Shown: positions 1-10,343 of the stretch, piece by piece
Position numbering within the stretch: position 1 is the stretch's first letter
How the letters are laid out: each line of letters begins with the position of its first letter
NCBI GenBank assembly: GCA_963843575.1
Contig: CAWJKZ010000020.1
Span: forward strand, 1 to 64,000
Direction of reading: 5' to 3'
DNA: 64,000 nt
From: an uncultured Acidobacteriota bacterium
GTDB lineage: Bacteria; Acidobacteriota; UBA6911
Position numbers and translations under genes: made by a program
Notes under the pieces: model-generated
What the model was told of the DNA's origin: nothing
Databases searched by the model: none
What the model saw: only the letters and a program-made list of their open reading frames with translations

Positions 1-3
1 CGT

Positions 4-625
4 TCACTGGCCACGGACCAGCTCACGCCAGATTTCCAGTTCGGCCGCCTCGGCCGGTTCCTCGATCGTGGAGATCATTGCCTGCAGCCGTACCTGCTGT
101 TGCCTGCTCACCGGTTCACTCGGCAAATCCTTGCCGGCCCGCCTGCTGGCCAGGAGGTACCTGTCGGCTTCCATGCGCAACTCCGAGCACAGCCGCGCAT
201 ATTCAGGTTTTTCCAGCATAAGGACGGCATGCGCCAGTTCATGGCCGACAATCTCCGCGTAGCGCTCCACTCTACCCAGTTTGTAGAACGGCAGAAGTCC
301 GTCCGAGCGGCGTGAAGCCCCGTTTATTCTCGCATTGTCAATGGCATAGACATGAAGCCAGAGAAGCACAACCTGCGGACGCCCTGCACGGCCCGGCTCT
401 TCTAGAGTGGTCCTGCCGCCGGCGTTTGAGCCCCGCATTTCCGTCATGTCGATTGCAATGGTATGCCCGCTCCCCTTCGCCCATTGCCAGAGACTGTACA
501 ACCTCGGATGTACGGGTCGTCCGGTTTTGTCGGCTACCTCGGCAATCTGCTCGATCTTTCTCCAGACGCGGAGCTGCTTCGAGGTCAGCCTGTCGGTGCT
601 GATTCCGGAAATCGAATCGGCGGCT
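4..625 (-). CDS. Hypothetical HExxH protein (zinc metallopeptidase-like), probably 5'-truncated
   Basis: ORF 4..804 has natural-looking sequence in its C-terminal ~200 aa, including EIVGHELAHAVL. Its first ~60 codons are the antisense of an ECF sigma fragment, so the true start is unclear or lost. Confidence 0.5.
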
Positions 626-627
626 CT

Positions 628-840
628 CTCGCGTGATTCGATGCAAGAAAAGCGAAAGTGGTGGAGCTGCGATTTTTCGGTGGAATGACCGAGGACGAGA
701 CGGCTGAAGTGCTGAAGGTTTCGCGCGAAACGGTGAAGCGAGACTGGAGATTGGCGAGAGTCTGGCTTTTGTGCGAACTGACCGACGGAGGAGAGAAGGG
801 CCAATCCGGAGCGCCGGCGACAGATCGAACGGATGCATAA
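628..840 (+). pseudogene. C-terminal (region 4) fragment of an ECF sigma factor
   Basis: [46 protein letters not shown] is typical of ECF sigma region 4. There is an in-frame TGA just upstream and no region 2. Confidence 0.8.
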
Positions 841-879
841 CCCCCTGCCTATGACAACCGATCACAACCAGTCGATTCC

Positions 880-1110
880 GGACGGGCAGTACCGCTCGAA
901 GATGTCATCCGGCGCACACGGTCAATCCGGCGCAAATGATACACCGGCCCGATCTGGGTAACCTGAGCGTCGGATCAACCGCTGATATGGCCGTATTTGA
1001 AATGCTCAAAGGGAACTTCAGTTATCGCGGTTCGGGCGGGGGCAAAATAAAGGGTGACAAGAAACTTGAATGTGTGATGACATTATTTGGCGGGGAAATC
1101 GTGTATCCCC
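880..1110 (+). pseudogene. C-terminal fragment of a dihydroorotase-like amidohydrolase
   Basis: VPLEDVIRR/TVNPAQMIHRPDLGNLSVGSTADMAVF...ECVMTLFGGEIVY, with a frameshift near 915 and no N-terminal HxH domain. This family is commonly adjacent to SelA-like genes. Confidence 0.7.
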
Positions 1111-1396
1111 AAAGACTCGCGATATTGGGTGGACACAAACAAGCAGAAATGGTGACCCACGCCGGTGAGGATCGGCGTTGCGGCGGCAGTTCTGACCATC
1201 GAGCACCTCCATATCCGAGAGTCCGCGTGGTCCGCCTGGCAACCAGGATGGGGCGGTGTGCCGTTGACATCTCGCCGTGGAGGATACAAAAGCCGGAAGC
1301 CAAAATTCGGTTTCCTGCGGTGGCCACCTTATGAAGCCACGGAGGTCCGCACCGGCGGTAACCGGAGTGGATGCTCCAGTCGGCGCGGAGGTTAGG

Positions 1397-2677
1397 ATGG
1401 GAACCCCAGACGCATTCGATCGACGCCTTTTCATGAAATGGGTAAGCGCGCTCCCGTTACTGAGTTACTTCACAGCTCACGGCATGCTCGAGAAGGCAGC
1501 CGCGGCGGTGAGGCGCAATCCGAAGGATAACGTCTACACCCGCATCGGTGTCAGGCCGGTGATCAATGCCCGGGGCACGTGGACCTACATCAGCGGCTCG
1601 CTCGAGTTGCCCGAAGTGAAAGCCGCCAAGCAACAGGCCGCCGAGCACTTTGTGGATATGTGGGAACTGCAGCGCGCGGTCGGCAAGCGTCTGGCTGAGC
1701 TTTCGGGTGCAGAATCCGGCATGATCACCGCCGGTGCCGCGGCAGCAATGGCGACTGCAACAGCGGCCTGCATCGCGGGCACCGATCCAGCCAGGATTTG
1801 GCAGCTGCCGGACACCACGGGACTCAAGGATGAGGTGATCATGTTCGGCGGCCGCATCTCTTTCGACAGCGCGATCCGCGCCGCGGGCGGGAAACTCGTG
1901 ATGGCTTACACACACGAGGAGCTCCAGGCAGCGCTCAACGACAGGACCGCCATGGTCTACACCACTGCCCGCGGTGAACGACTGGAAAAGGCGATTCCAA
2001 TTACGAAGAAGGCAGGCGTCCCTATGCTGCTCGATTGGGCGGCGGGCATTCCCCCGATAGAGAATCTGTCACTTCCCGCGAAAATGGGCGTCGATCTCTA
2101 TACATTCAGCGGAGGCAAGGGATTGTGCGGACCTCAGTGTACAGGGCTCCTGCTCGGGCGCAAGGACCTGATCGAGGCCGCGCTGGCCAACAGTTGTCCG
2201 TGGGAAGGGGCCGTTTGCCGTTCCATGAAGGTAGGCAAGGAAGAGATTATGGGCTGCCTGGCTGCGGTGGAGGCCTGGAAGAAGCGGGATCTGGCACAAC
2301 TGGACCAGCAATGGAACAAGATCGTGAAGCGTATCGCGCAGGCGGTCGAAACCGTGCCGGGTGTAACGACCGAGATTCAAACACCACAGGGCGGAAACCG
2401 CTACCCCACATTGACCGTGAATTGGGATCAGGCGGCGTTCAAATTGACGGTCGCCGAATGCGCGAAAAAATTGCGCCACGGCGACCCACCAATCGAAGTG
2501 CTCACTTCGAACAACCCAAGCCTGCTGCCCGTTGTGCATGAGGGCGACCCCAAGGCCCCTCCCCGATCTCGGGCCAATACATTGCGGATCGTTTCGCTCG
2601 ACATCATGCCCGGCGAGGAACTGATTGTCGGGCGGCGACTGCGTGAGGTTCTCAACGAGGCGCGAAAGTCCGCATAG
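1397..2677 (+). CDS. SelA-like (DgaE-related) PLP-dependent enzyme with Tat signal
   Basis: RPVINARGTWT, LLDWAAG and FSGGKGLCGPQCTG (PLP lysine), RSMKVGKEEI. N-terminal DRRLFMK twin-arginine motif. GGAGG precedes ATG 1397. Confidence 0.85.
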   Translation: MGTPDAFDRRLFMKWVSALPLLSYFTAHGMLEKAAAAVRRNPKDNVYTRIGVRPVINARGTWTYISGSLELPEVKAAKQQAAEHFVDMWELQRAVGKRLAELSGAESGMITAGAAAAMATATAACIAGTDPARIWQLPDTTGLKDEVIMFGGRISFDSAIRAAGGKLVMAYTHEELQAALNDRTAMVYTTARGERLEKAIPITKKAGVPMLLDWAAGIPPIENLSLPAKMGVDLYTFSGGKGLCGPQCTGLLLGRKDLIEAALANSCPWEGAVCRSMKVGKEEIMGCLAAVEAWKKRDLAQLDQQWNKIVKRIAQAVETVPGVTTEIQTPQGGNRYPTLTVNWDQAAFKLTVAECAKKLRHGDPPIEVLTSNNPSLLPVVHEGDPKAPPRSRANTLRIVSLDIMPGEELIVGRRLREVLNEARKSA

Positions 2678-2878
2678 ACCGCCAGGCTCAGCTGTCGTGC
2701 AGGAACGACCTCAGCCACCGAGCCGCGGGGCTCTCGCAGCGTTCCTGCCTCTCGAGACAGGCCTTTGAGCTGCCCAGCGGACCAACACGTTTTGCGCAGT
2801 GTCCCGTTCCTTTGTTTCGGGAAAGCACTTGTGTCCGCGCGACCGCGTCCAGTAGACTCACCGTAAGCGAGGTAAGTC

Positions 2879-4392
2879 ATGCAAAAAACCTTTAGCCGAC
2901 GTGATGCGCTGCGCTGGGCCGCGCGGTCCCATTAGCGACAACTTTCCTGCCTTTATCCCGTCACCGGGCATTTGCACGACCGGCGGCGGGGAAACTGCAA
3001 ACCCGCGTTTTGGGCCGCACGGGCCGCGAAGTAACTACCTTCGGTCTCGGCGGGGTCACGTGCCTGATGAAATTGGGCGACTACGCCACGGGGCTCATCG
3101 TCAAGTCAATCAAGGCCGGGGTCACCTTCCTCGACACCGGAAGCGGCTACGGCGACAGCCAGCTCAACTATGGCGCCGCCTTCCGGGAACTGAATGTGGT
3201 TCCCGGGCAGCCGGGCTACCAGGCGGCCTTGCGGTCCCGCCTCTTCGTGAGCACGAAGCTCGGAAGCCGCTATGCGATCATTCGCGACGCCTCCGCTCAG
3301 GCGGCCGGACCTCGCGGAGGAGGCGCCAGGGCGCTGGACGAGCTGAAGCTCTCCCTCACCCAGATGTTCGGCGACGGGAAGGGGTATGTTCCCGACGGCG
3401 CCTACGTCGATATGATGCACGTCCACAACCTCAATACCGAGGCCGCCGTGAACGCGGTTTTCGAAGGAATCGATAATCCGGGCGATAAATCGCTGCCGCG
3501 GGTGGGCACGCTGGCCCTCCTGGTCGACTACCGCGACGGCACCAACCTCACCGGCCTCAATCCCGACCACAAGAAGTGGATCCGGCATATCGCCATGAGC
3601 TGCCACGAGAACCCGACCTCCGTCATGTACGCCATGCGGAAGGACAAGAACAACATTTTCGAAGGGCTCATGTGCACGATCAACCCCAACGATCCAGGCT
3701 ACTTCTGCTTCGAGACCAATGCGCTGCCGGTGGCCCAGGCCAAGAACGTCGGTGTGATCGCCATGAAGGTCTTTTCAGACGGCGTGTTCTGGGGGAAGGG
3801 CGAGCACTACGGCGGCGAGTGGGTCAAGACCATCGGTCTGCCGGATAAGGTGCCCTATCAGGATTTCATCGGCTATTCGCTTTCGGCGCCGGGTTTGCAC
3901 GCGGCGGTCATCGGGATCGGAGAGGTGGACAAGAACAACGATCCGCAGCGTGATCAGTTCGTCGCCAACCTGGCGGCATTCCAGACCGCCCGCGATCTCA
4001 CGCGGCGGGAAAGAAAGGACATCATCAATCAGGTCGCGGGTCTGCACGGCACCCATACGAACTTCTACCAGCGGCCGGGAAGCGGGCTCCAGCCGCCGCA
4101 GAACGTGAGGGTCAACCGTCCGGAAAATGGACCGGCCGAGGTGTTGTGGGACACGGCCTACGCCGCCGCCAGCCCACTGGCAACCTATGAGGTCTTCCGC
4201 CGGCACGACCTGGTCGCCCGGGTGCCCTATGCGCCACAGATCAGCGAAGAGCCCTTCCGGTTCGTGGACAACGGCATCAAGGGCAGCTTCCCCGGCGGGC
4301 TCTGGTATCGCGTCCGGGTGGTGGACGCGGAGGGCGCCACGGCCGATTCGAATACCGTTCTGGCTCCCCAGGCGCCGAGGCTCACCGGATAG
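2879..4392 (+). CDS. Tat-exported aldo/keto reductase with C-terminal FN3-like domain; frameshift near 2920
   Basis: ATG 2879 gives MQKTFSRRDALRWAA, then a frame change to AVPLATTF...RVLGRTGREVTTFGLGG. AKR motifs FLDTGSGYG, FVSTK and IAMKVF. Beta-rich C-terminus (WYRVRVVD). Confidence 0.8.
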
Positions 4393-4749
4393 CGGCAGGC
4401 CGCACGCACCTCTGGGTCTCCATCGTTAGGGTTCGCGCAAGAATAGGTTCACATTTTGGCGCGAGCGCCGCGCGGGCAGATGCCAGGTGCCGCGACGCAG
4501 GCGATGTGGTGACATCGTCGAGGAGCGGCAACGCCGCAGATGGCCGCCCGCCGCCGCGCCCCGGAGGGCTGACGGCTCCGTCAATAGCAATCTCCTATCT
4601 TTGGTTGCCGTAGGATCTGTCGGCTCGAGAGCCGTCAGCAAAATGTGAAATTACTCTTGCGCGAGCCCTTAGGTAGGAGCCGACCCTCGTCGACATGGAC
4701 CTGTCCAACAGGTTGCGCGGCGCTGGGATCCTGCCGAACAACTCACGGT

Positions 4750-5925
4750 TTAGAGCTTCACCGTAATCCTCGACACCAGAAGGGTAATGCAGATCCCAAG
4801 AATACCGATCCCGGCAAACGAGCAACGCAGTCCCGCGGCTGCGGAAACATAGCCGATCAAGGGAGGTCCCATCAGGAAACCGAGGAATCCTACGCTCGCA
4901 ACGTTAGCCAGCGCTATCCCGGGAGCTATGCCCTGCTTCCCGGCCGCGCTGTACACCGAAGGGACAATGCTCGAGACCCCTAGTCCGACCATCATAAACG
5001 CAACCGTTGCGGTAATAAGATAGGGAAAGAAAACCGCGAAAAAGAATCCGGTGGAGATCAGTATCCCACTCGCCTGGAGTACATCTTTCCGTCCGAAACG
5101 TAATACCAGCCCATCGGCGAGGAATCTTCCTGCGGCCATCATGACCATAAACGAGGTGTAGCCGAGAATTGCCAGAGAGGCGGGTGTTTTGACCACATCT
5201 CTGAAGTAAATGCCGCTCCAATCGAACATGGCCCCTTCGCTGGCCATGCTGCAAAAGGCAATCAGCCCCAACTGCAACAAAGCGCTGTCCGGCCTCGAAA
5301 AAACGCCTCTATTTGGAGCGGTTGCCGTTTGCCCCGTTCGTCCCGGGATCAGTCTCCGGTAATTCAACGAAACGACCACCACTACCATCGCCACAACGAT
5401 CCAGAAGTGCCGGTAGGGTGGGACTTTCAGATTGACCATGGCCAACCCGATGAGGGCCCCGGAAAACCCGGCAATGCTCCATCCCCCGTGGAAGGTCGAC
5501 ATGATGGGGCGTCCGTAGAGCCTCTCGGCCGCGACACCCTGCGTGTTAATCGAGATATTGCACATGTTTCCGCATATCCCAAACAAGAACAGACACAGTC
5601 CCAGTTGCCAGCCACGAGTGACCAGCCCAAGATTGGTGAGCCCGAGGGTATAGGCGGGAAGGGCGAACAAGATCAGTTTCCTGCTGCCGAAACGGGTCAC
5701 CAGTCTGCCGGAGAACGGCATCATCAGAAACTGACCAACCGGCAATGCAAACAGAATTGTCCCGAACGCGGCATCGCTGAGCCTGAGCGCCGTCTTGATG
5801 TCAGGAATCCGGCTTGCCCACGAGGCAAAGCAGAGTCCCATGCTGAAATAGAAGGACGCCACGGCGATCCTCATCCGCCTTTTGTCGGGATGGAGACCAG
5901 TTGATTCTTCTGGCATTGGACTCAT
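4750..5925 (-). CDS. MFS transporter (YbjJ-like)
   Basis: About 12 hydrophobic segments, WASRIPDIK, GRLVTRFGSR motif A, GPPLIG. Confidence 0.9.
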   Translation of the reverse strand: MSPMPEESTGLHPDKRRMRIAVASFYFSMGLCFASWASRIPDIKTALRLSDAAFGTILFALPVGQFLMMPFSGRLVTRFGSRKLILFALPAYTLGLTNLGLVTRGWQLGLCLFLFGICGNMCNISINTQGVAAERLYGRPIMSTFHGGWSIAGFSGALIGLAMVNLKVPPYRHFWIVVAMVVVVVSLNYRRLIPGRTGQTATAPNRGVFSRPDSALLQLGLIAFCSMASEGAMFDWSGIYFRDVVKTPASLAILGYTSFMVMMAAGRFLADGLVLRFGRKDVLQASGILISTGFFFAVFFPYLITATVAFMMVGLGVSSIVPSVYSAAGKQGIAPGIALANVASVGFLGFLMGPPLIGYVSAAAGLRCSFAGIGILGICITLLVSRITVKL

Positions 5926-5956
5926 CGTTTTGACGAGTATGGTGACGCGTTATTTC

Positions 5957-6056
5957 GGACGCAGATTGACGCAGATCAAGAACAAAGGCATTTGCCTCGG
6001 ATGCCCACGGAAGATCACGGAGTCACACTTGGTGACAGGCCGCGGCCTGTCACCAA
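5957..6056. repeat. REP-like family A copy ending in a 28-bp perfect palindrome (possible terminator)
   Basis: GGACGCAGAT-TGACGCAGAT-CAAGAACAAAGGC, then TTGGTGACAGGCCG/CGGCCTGTCACCAA at 6029-6056. Related copies at 7421-7470, 27179-27194 and 59708-59764. Confidence 0.7.
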
Positions 6057-6898
6057 TCCAGTTTGGACCTGTGTCGATCTGCGTCCTTTCCGATATCGGC
6101 ACTTACGAACTGCTCTTCGGGTCCATGACTTTCCGCCACGATTGCGCCCGAAGGATCCACGACGAAACTGGGGCCGACGAACTGGATGCTGTCGTGAGGG
6201 CGGCCTGCCTGATTAACGAAAAATCCCCAGAAGCCGTGCGCGCGCATCAATCCCGGCACGTACTCGTAGAAGTCGTTTCTCATCTGGTCGTGCGTTTTGA
6301 AAACACGGTGCCCGGTGCGCGCGTGGTACTCGAGGATCTCTGCCATCGACTGGTAATCGATGACGCGCCCCTCCTGATCGAGCGCGTCGGAGTCCCACGC
6401 ATGGGGCATCACGAGCACCTTCGCTCCCGCTTGCCCATAGTGTTCGTGCAGTTCCGGGTACTTGTTATCCCAGCATATCGCGACCGCGGTGGGCATGCCG
6501 AGCAAATCGAACACCGGGCGCGCGCCGTGTCCCTGCCAGAAAGGGACTTCCAGCACCGGGATGTGGTTTTTGCGGTATACCTCGGCCAGTTCACCGGTCG
6601 GGGAGGCCAGGGCATAGGCATTGTAAGGCTTGCCGGGCGCGCGTTCGGTGAATCCGAACCCGATGGCGATATGCAGTCTCCGCGCGAGGTCTCGCGCGAA
6701 GAGGACGGAAGGGCCATCGACCGTCTCGGCGATGTCATGCACTCGCGGATCTTTCCAGATCCCGGTGACGTTCAGTTCGGGGAACAGCACCAGATCTGCG
6801 CCGTCGACCGCCGCGCGACGCGTGTAATCTGCCATTTTCGCCAGATTCGCCTCAACCTCGCCCCACCCGCAGTAGATCTGCGCCAGCGCCACACGCAT
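6050..6898 (-). CDS. Carbon-nitrogen hydrolase (nitrilase superfamily)
   Basis: MRVALAQ start. Catalytic triad motifs LFPEL, YRKNH and AICWD. Confidence 0.9.
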   Translation of the reverse strand: MRVALAQIYCGWGEVEANLAKMADYTRRAAVDGADLVLFPELNVTGIWKDPRVHDIAETVDGPSVLFARDLARRLHIAIGFGFTERAPGKPYNAYALASPTGELAEVYRKNHIPVLEVPFWQGHGARPVFDLLGMPTAVAICWDNKYPELHEHYGQAGAKVLVMPHAWDSDALDQEGRVIDYQSMAEILEYHARTGHRVFKTHDQMRNDFYEYVPGLMRAHGFWGFFVNQAGRPHDSIQFVGPSFVVDPSGAIVAESHGPEEQFVSADIGKDADRHRSKLDW

Positions 6899-7108
6899 GC
6901 CCACACCCCTGTGAAGGCCCAGCTTACCGCATTCCAGGGGTGCGTCTTCCGTGTTTCCGTGGCAAGTTTTTGCCCGTGTGGGCCGCTCACAATCTGCGCC
7001 GACGCTGCTCCGCGAGGTCGCCGTGAGTCGTTGATTGCGCAGCGCGGCAAAAAGCAAGATAATCGAAGCCATCGCTAAAGGAGCCGGCCGGCCAAATCGC
7101 CATCTCGC

Positions 7109-7297
7109 ATGGCCATGGTCTTATACTCACGACACGATCCTGGCCGAGTGGCACGACTCCAAACGGGGAAAATGTCCATTGCCGGGTACCACATGGCGGC
7201 ATGGGACACGGCGAAACACGCTTCGGGCAGGTACCGGTACCGTCTGCGCTACGGTGACTTCAACGAAGTGCGCGACCTCGTGCTGAAGAAGGCGTGA
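7109..7297 (+). pseudogene. Isolated fragment resembling a FlgD-Ig / T9SS-type C-terminal domain
   Basis: AGYHMAAWDTAKHASGRYRYRLRYGDFNEVRDLVLKK resembles C-terminal sorting/Ig domains. No upstream body is present. Confidence 0.4.
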
Positions 7298-7532
7298 TGA
7301 TCCGAATCCCGATCCGATTTTTGCCTGCCTGGAGATCGGCGAGTTTCCGGGACGCGGATGATGCCCCGGGGGATATTGACCCTGGTGGGGCTCAGGACGA
7401 CGTCGCTGGAAAAGGACTTTAGGACGCGGATCCACGCAGATCAAAAACAAAGGCCTTGGTGACAGGCCGCGCCCGGTCGATCTGTGAATCGGTACTAAGT
7501 ACTCGTGTTCAGAAATACGCTAACGTCTCCAG

Positions 7533-7798
7533 GACGCGGATTTGCGCGGATACACGCGGATTTCTACCTGGTGGCAGGCCACGCCCGGCATTCCTTCCCG
7601 AGGGCTGCCTTTGGCACGCATCAAAGCCCGGCTCCCGCAGGAAAACGTGGACCTTGAATCGAAGCGGCATCCTTCCAACCGCGCGCTTTCCTGCGGGAGC
7701 CGGGCTTTGATGCCTCGGCGCGAAGCGCCGGCCCTCGGGGAGGAATGCCGGGCGCGGCCGATCCGCGTGAATCCGTAAAATCCGGGAAGATCCGCGTC
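7533..7798. repeat. 266-bp nested inverted repeat (long hairpin)
   Basis: Perfect 27-bp arms at 7618-7644/7687-7713, 27-of-29 arms at 7577-7605/7731-7759, and outer ACGCGGAT/ATCCGCGT tandem units. Confidence 0.85.
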
Positions 7799-8098
7799 TC
7801 GCGGACACGTTAGGTAGACAATCCCCATCCCGCAGCACGCCGTAGCGGAGGGCTGAAGGCGGGCAGCGACGTGTCCCAGCGCTCTACGCGCACTGCCTGG
7901 GACCGTACGCTTTCCAACTTCCTCACCGAAATCGATCTTCGGCATGGTCCGCCTCGCGATAGGCACTCCGTGATGCCACGAGTTCGATCCCCGTCAGAGA
8001 GGCACCACAGAAAGAATGTCTCTCCGCACCGATTTGGTTTAGAATCGCGGTCACCAGCCACTGATGACTGACCACTTTGGGACACGTGCGGAGGTGTC

Positions 8099-9025
8099 AT
8101 GAATCGTCGGGAGTTTCTTGTGGGGGCTGCCGCGGCAGCCGGAATTGCGGCCACGGGTCGAGGGTGGACCCAGAGTCGAGATCAAGCCAAGCTTAACCGT
8201 CTCGCCATCATGAGCCTGAGCTTCGGCAACATTCTGAAGAATGCCAACCAACCGGACGAACCGGCGAGAACGCTCGACCTCATGGATATCGGGCAGATGT
8301 ATGCCGACCGTTTCGGCATCCACCACGTCGAGTTGCAGCACACTCACATTCCCTCGACCGAGGACGTCTGGCTCAAGGAGTTTCGTGCCCGGCTGGCGAA
8401 GTCGAAGTCTCAGGTCACGAACATCAACCTCGAGTTTGGCGCGTTGACCGTTTCCGCGCCGGAACCCGTGCTGCGGCTGCAGGCGATCGACCTGACCAAA
8501 CGGTGGATCGATCACGCGGTGACTCTCGGCTGTCCCCGGGTAATGGTAAACCAGGGCACCCTGACTCAGGAAAGCAAGCAGGTCGCGATCGCGGCTCTCA
8601 AGCTGATAGAAGCCTACGGCAAGGCCAAACGGATAATGGTGGGCATCGAGAATCGCAGTGCTCCCCGCTCCGCCCCCCGCGGCACTCCTGCCGCTCCGCC
8701 GCCCACGCCCGTGGCGCCAGCCCCGATAGACTACACCCTGCTGGTGGAGGTCATAAGAGCCGCCGGCGTCTACGCAAATTGCGATCTGGGCAACTTCACC
8801 GATCAGGAATCCCAACACGCCGGCATACGGGCGATGCTCCCCGTCACCGACGGCAATTGCCACGTCAAGATGAACCCCGCGAGGTATGACCTCCCCAAGG
8901 CTCTGGCTCTCACCAAAGAGCTCGGGTACAAGGGGCTTTACTCGATCGAGGCCGGGGGGAATATGGGTCCCGATCCTTACGAGAACACGAAAAAGATCCT
9001 CGATGTGATCCTGGCCAACATCTAG
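8099..9025 (+). CDS. Tat-exported sugar phosphate isomerase/epimerase (xylose-isomerase-like TIM barrel)
   Basis: MNRREFL Tat signal. KRWIDHAVTLGCP, GIENR, CDLGNF, CHVK and YSIE metal-site motifs. Confidence 0.85.
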   Translation: MNRREFLVGAAAAAGIAATGRGWTQSRDQAKLNRLAIMSLSFGNILKNANQPDEPARTLDLMDIGQMYADRFGIHHVELQHTHIPSTEDVWLKEFRARLAKSKSQVTNINLEFGALTVSAPEPVLRLQAIDLTKRWIDHAVTLGCPRVMVNQGTLTQESKQVAIAALKLIEAYGKAKRIMVGIENRSAPRSAPRGTPAAPPPTPVAPAPIDYTLLVEVIRAAGVYANCDLGNFTDQESQHAGIRAMLPVTDGNCHVKMNPARYDLPKALALTKELGYKGLYSIEAGGNMGPDPYENTKKILDVILANI

Positions 9026-9139
9026 GACCTGCGGCACGTGAAGACGTTGGTAACCAGGAGCCGGCCTCGGAGGCACAAAGGACGCAGAGGCAACCGACGG
9101 GTCTGCATTCAACCGTTCGGATAGAGGAGGCAGACAGCA

Positions 9140-10246
9140 ATGAAATCCAATCCTGAACCGGGTCCGGCGGGCGAGAGCTCCCGACGGAGCTTCATTCAAA
9201 AGATCGGGACGCTGGCAGCGGCGTCAACCCTGGCGTCAAATGCCGGCGCCCAGCAGCAGCCGGCGAGAGCCGCGGGGGAGGGACCCAAGCCGATCACCCC
9301 AGGCCCCCTGGCATACGGGCCGATGCCGACGGTCCGCATCGGCCAATACAACGTCTCCCGGCTGGTTCTCGGGGTCAACGTCCCTGGCCTGCATTTCTCC
9401 GACAGGATTGTGCAGGATGCTCGCGCCTGGAATACGCCCGAACGGCGCGTGATGCAGCTCAAGCATTGTGAGGAGCTGGGCATTAACACGATGGTGCAAG
9501 CCGGAAACCGCATCGCCCAGTACAACGCGGAACACGGCGGCAAAATGCTGGGTTGCGGCAGCGGGGTTGCGAATGTCGGCCCCGACGGGAATTGGGCCGA
9601 GACCGAGAAGTCCATCAAGACGATGGCCGGGTACGGTGTCATCAGCATTCACCACGCCGGCTACGGCCCGACCGGCACCGATTCTTATTGGAGGCAGAAA
9701 AAGCTCAACGTGGTCCGCGAGTACTGCAAGAGGGTGCGGGATGCGGGTCTGCTGGTAGCCATCACCAGCCACCGGCCGGAAGCGTTCATGGAAATCGAAT
9801 CACAGGACTGGGACGTAGATTACTACATGACCTGCCTGTACAAGTATGGCCGCACCCATGCGGAATGGCTGGCGGCATTCAAGGCCAACCCCGAAATGAT
9901 GCCCGTGGAAATCGGTTACCCGACGGAGGAAAGCGACCAGCACACCGCACCCTCCCGCTGGTCGGACCTTTACGGCGGGGAAGTGGCTTTTGTGCAGGGC
10001 GATCCGCCGGAGATGCTCAAGGTGGTCAAGCAGACCAAGCGGCCCTGCTTTGTGTACAAGCTCCTGGCCGACGGTCGAATGGCCCAGCGGCAGGATTATG
10101 TGGAGGGAGTGTTCAAGTACATCCTGGCGAACATCAAGTCGACCGACGCGGTGGTGGTCGGAATGTACGACAAGTACATCGACGAGTACGCCATCAACAA
10201 GGAGTACGTCGTAAAGTACAGCGGATCCTCGATCCGCCTGTCGTAA
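9140..10246 (+). CDS. Tat-exported AKR-fold-like hypothetical protein
   Basis: SRRSFIQ Tat signal. MPTVRIGQYNVSRLVLG and YKLLADGR resemble the AKR fold. RBS GAGGAGG. Confidence 0.7.
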   Translation: MKSNPEPGPAGESSRRSFIQKIGTLAAASTLASNAGAQQQPARAAGEGPKPITPGPLAYGPMPTVRIGQYNVSRLVLGVNVPGLHFSDRIVQDARAWNTPERRVMQLKHCEELGINTMVQAGNRIAQYNAEHGGKMLGCGSGVANVGPDGNWAETEKSIKTMAGYGVISIHHAGYGPTGTDSYWRQKKLNVVREYCKRVRDAGLLVAITSHRPEAFMEIESQDWDVDYYMTCLYKYGRTHAEWLAAFKANPEMMPVEIGYPTEESDQHTAPSRWSDLYGGEVAFVQGDPPEMLKVVKQTKRPCFVYKLLADGRMAQRQDYVEGVFKYILANIKSTDAVVVGMYDKYIDEYAINKEYVVKYSGSSIRLS

Positions 10247-10288
10247 GGATCGCAGCGTCCTGGATAGATCAGTTTATTGGTCCTTATA

Positions 10289-10327
10289 TGGAGTGCGGCG
10301 GCTCGACTGCCCAGGCGCCGCACTCCA
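10289..10327. repeat. REP-like family B hairpin between convergent genes
   Basis: TGGAGTGCGGCG / CGCCGCACTCCA 12-bp perfect inverted repeat, with the same ends as the element at 20735-20980. Confidence 0.75.
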
Positions 10328-10343
10328 GATTGCGGCGGCGCGG

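Noticed and set aside
1397-2677. Calling this gene selA (selenocysteine synthase)
   Set aside because: It has a Tat leader, lacks the SelA N-terminal tRNA-binding region, and has no selB/selC/selD nearby. The SelA-related family fits better.
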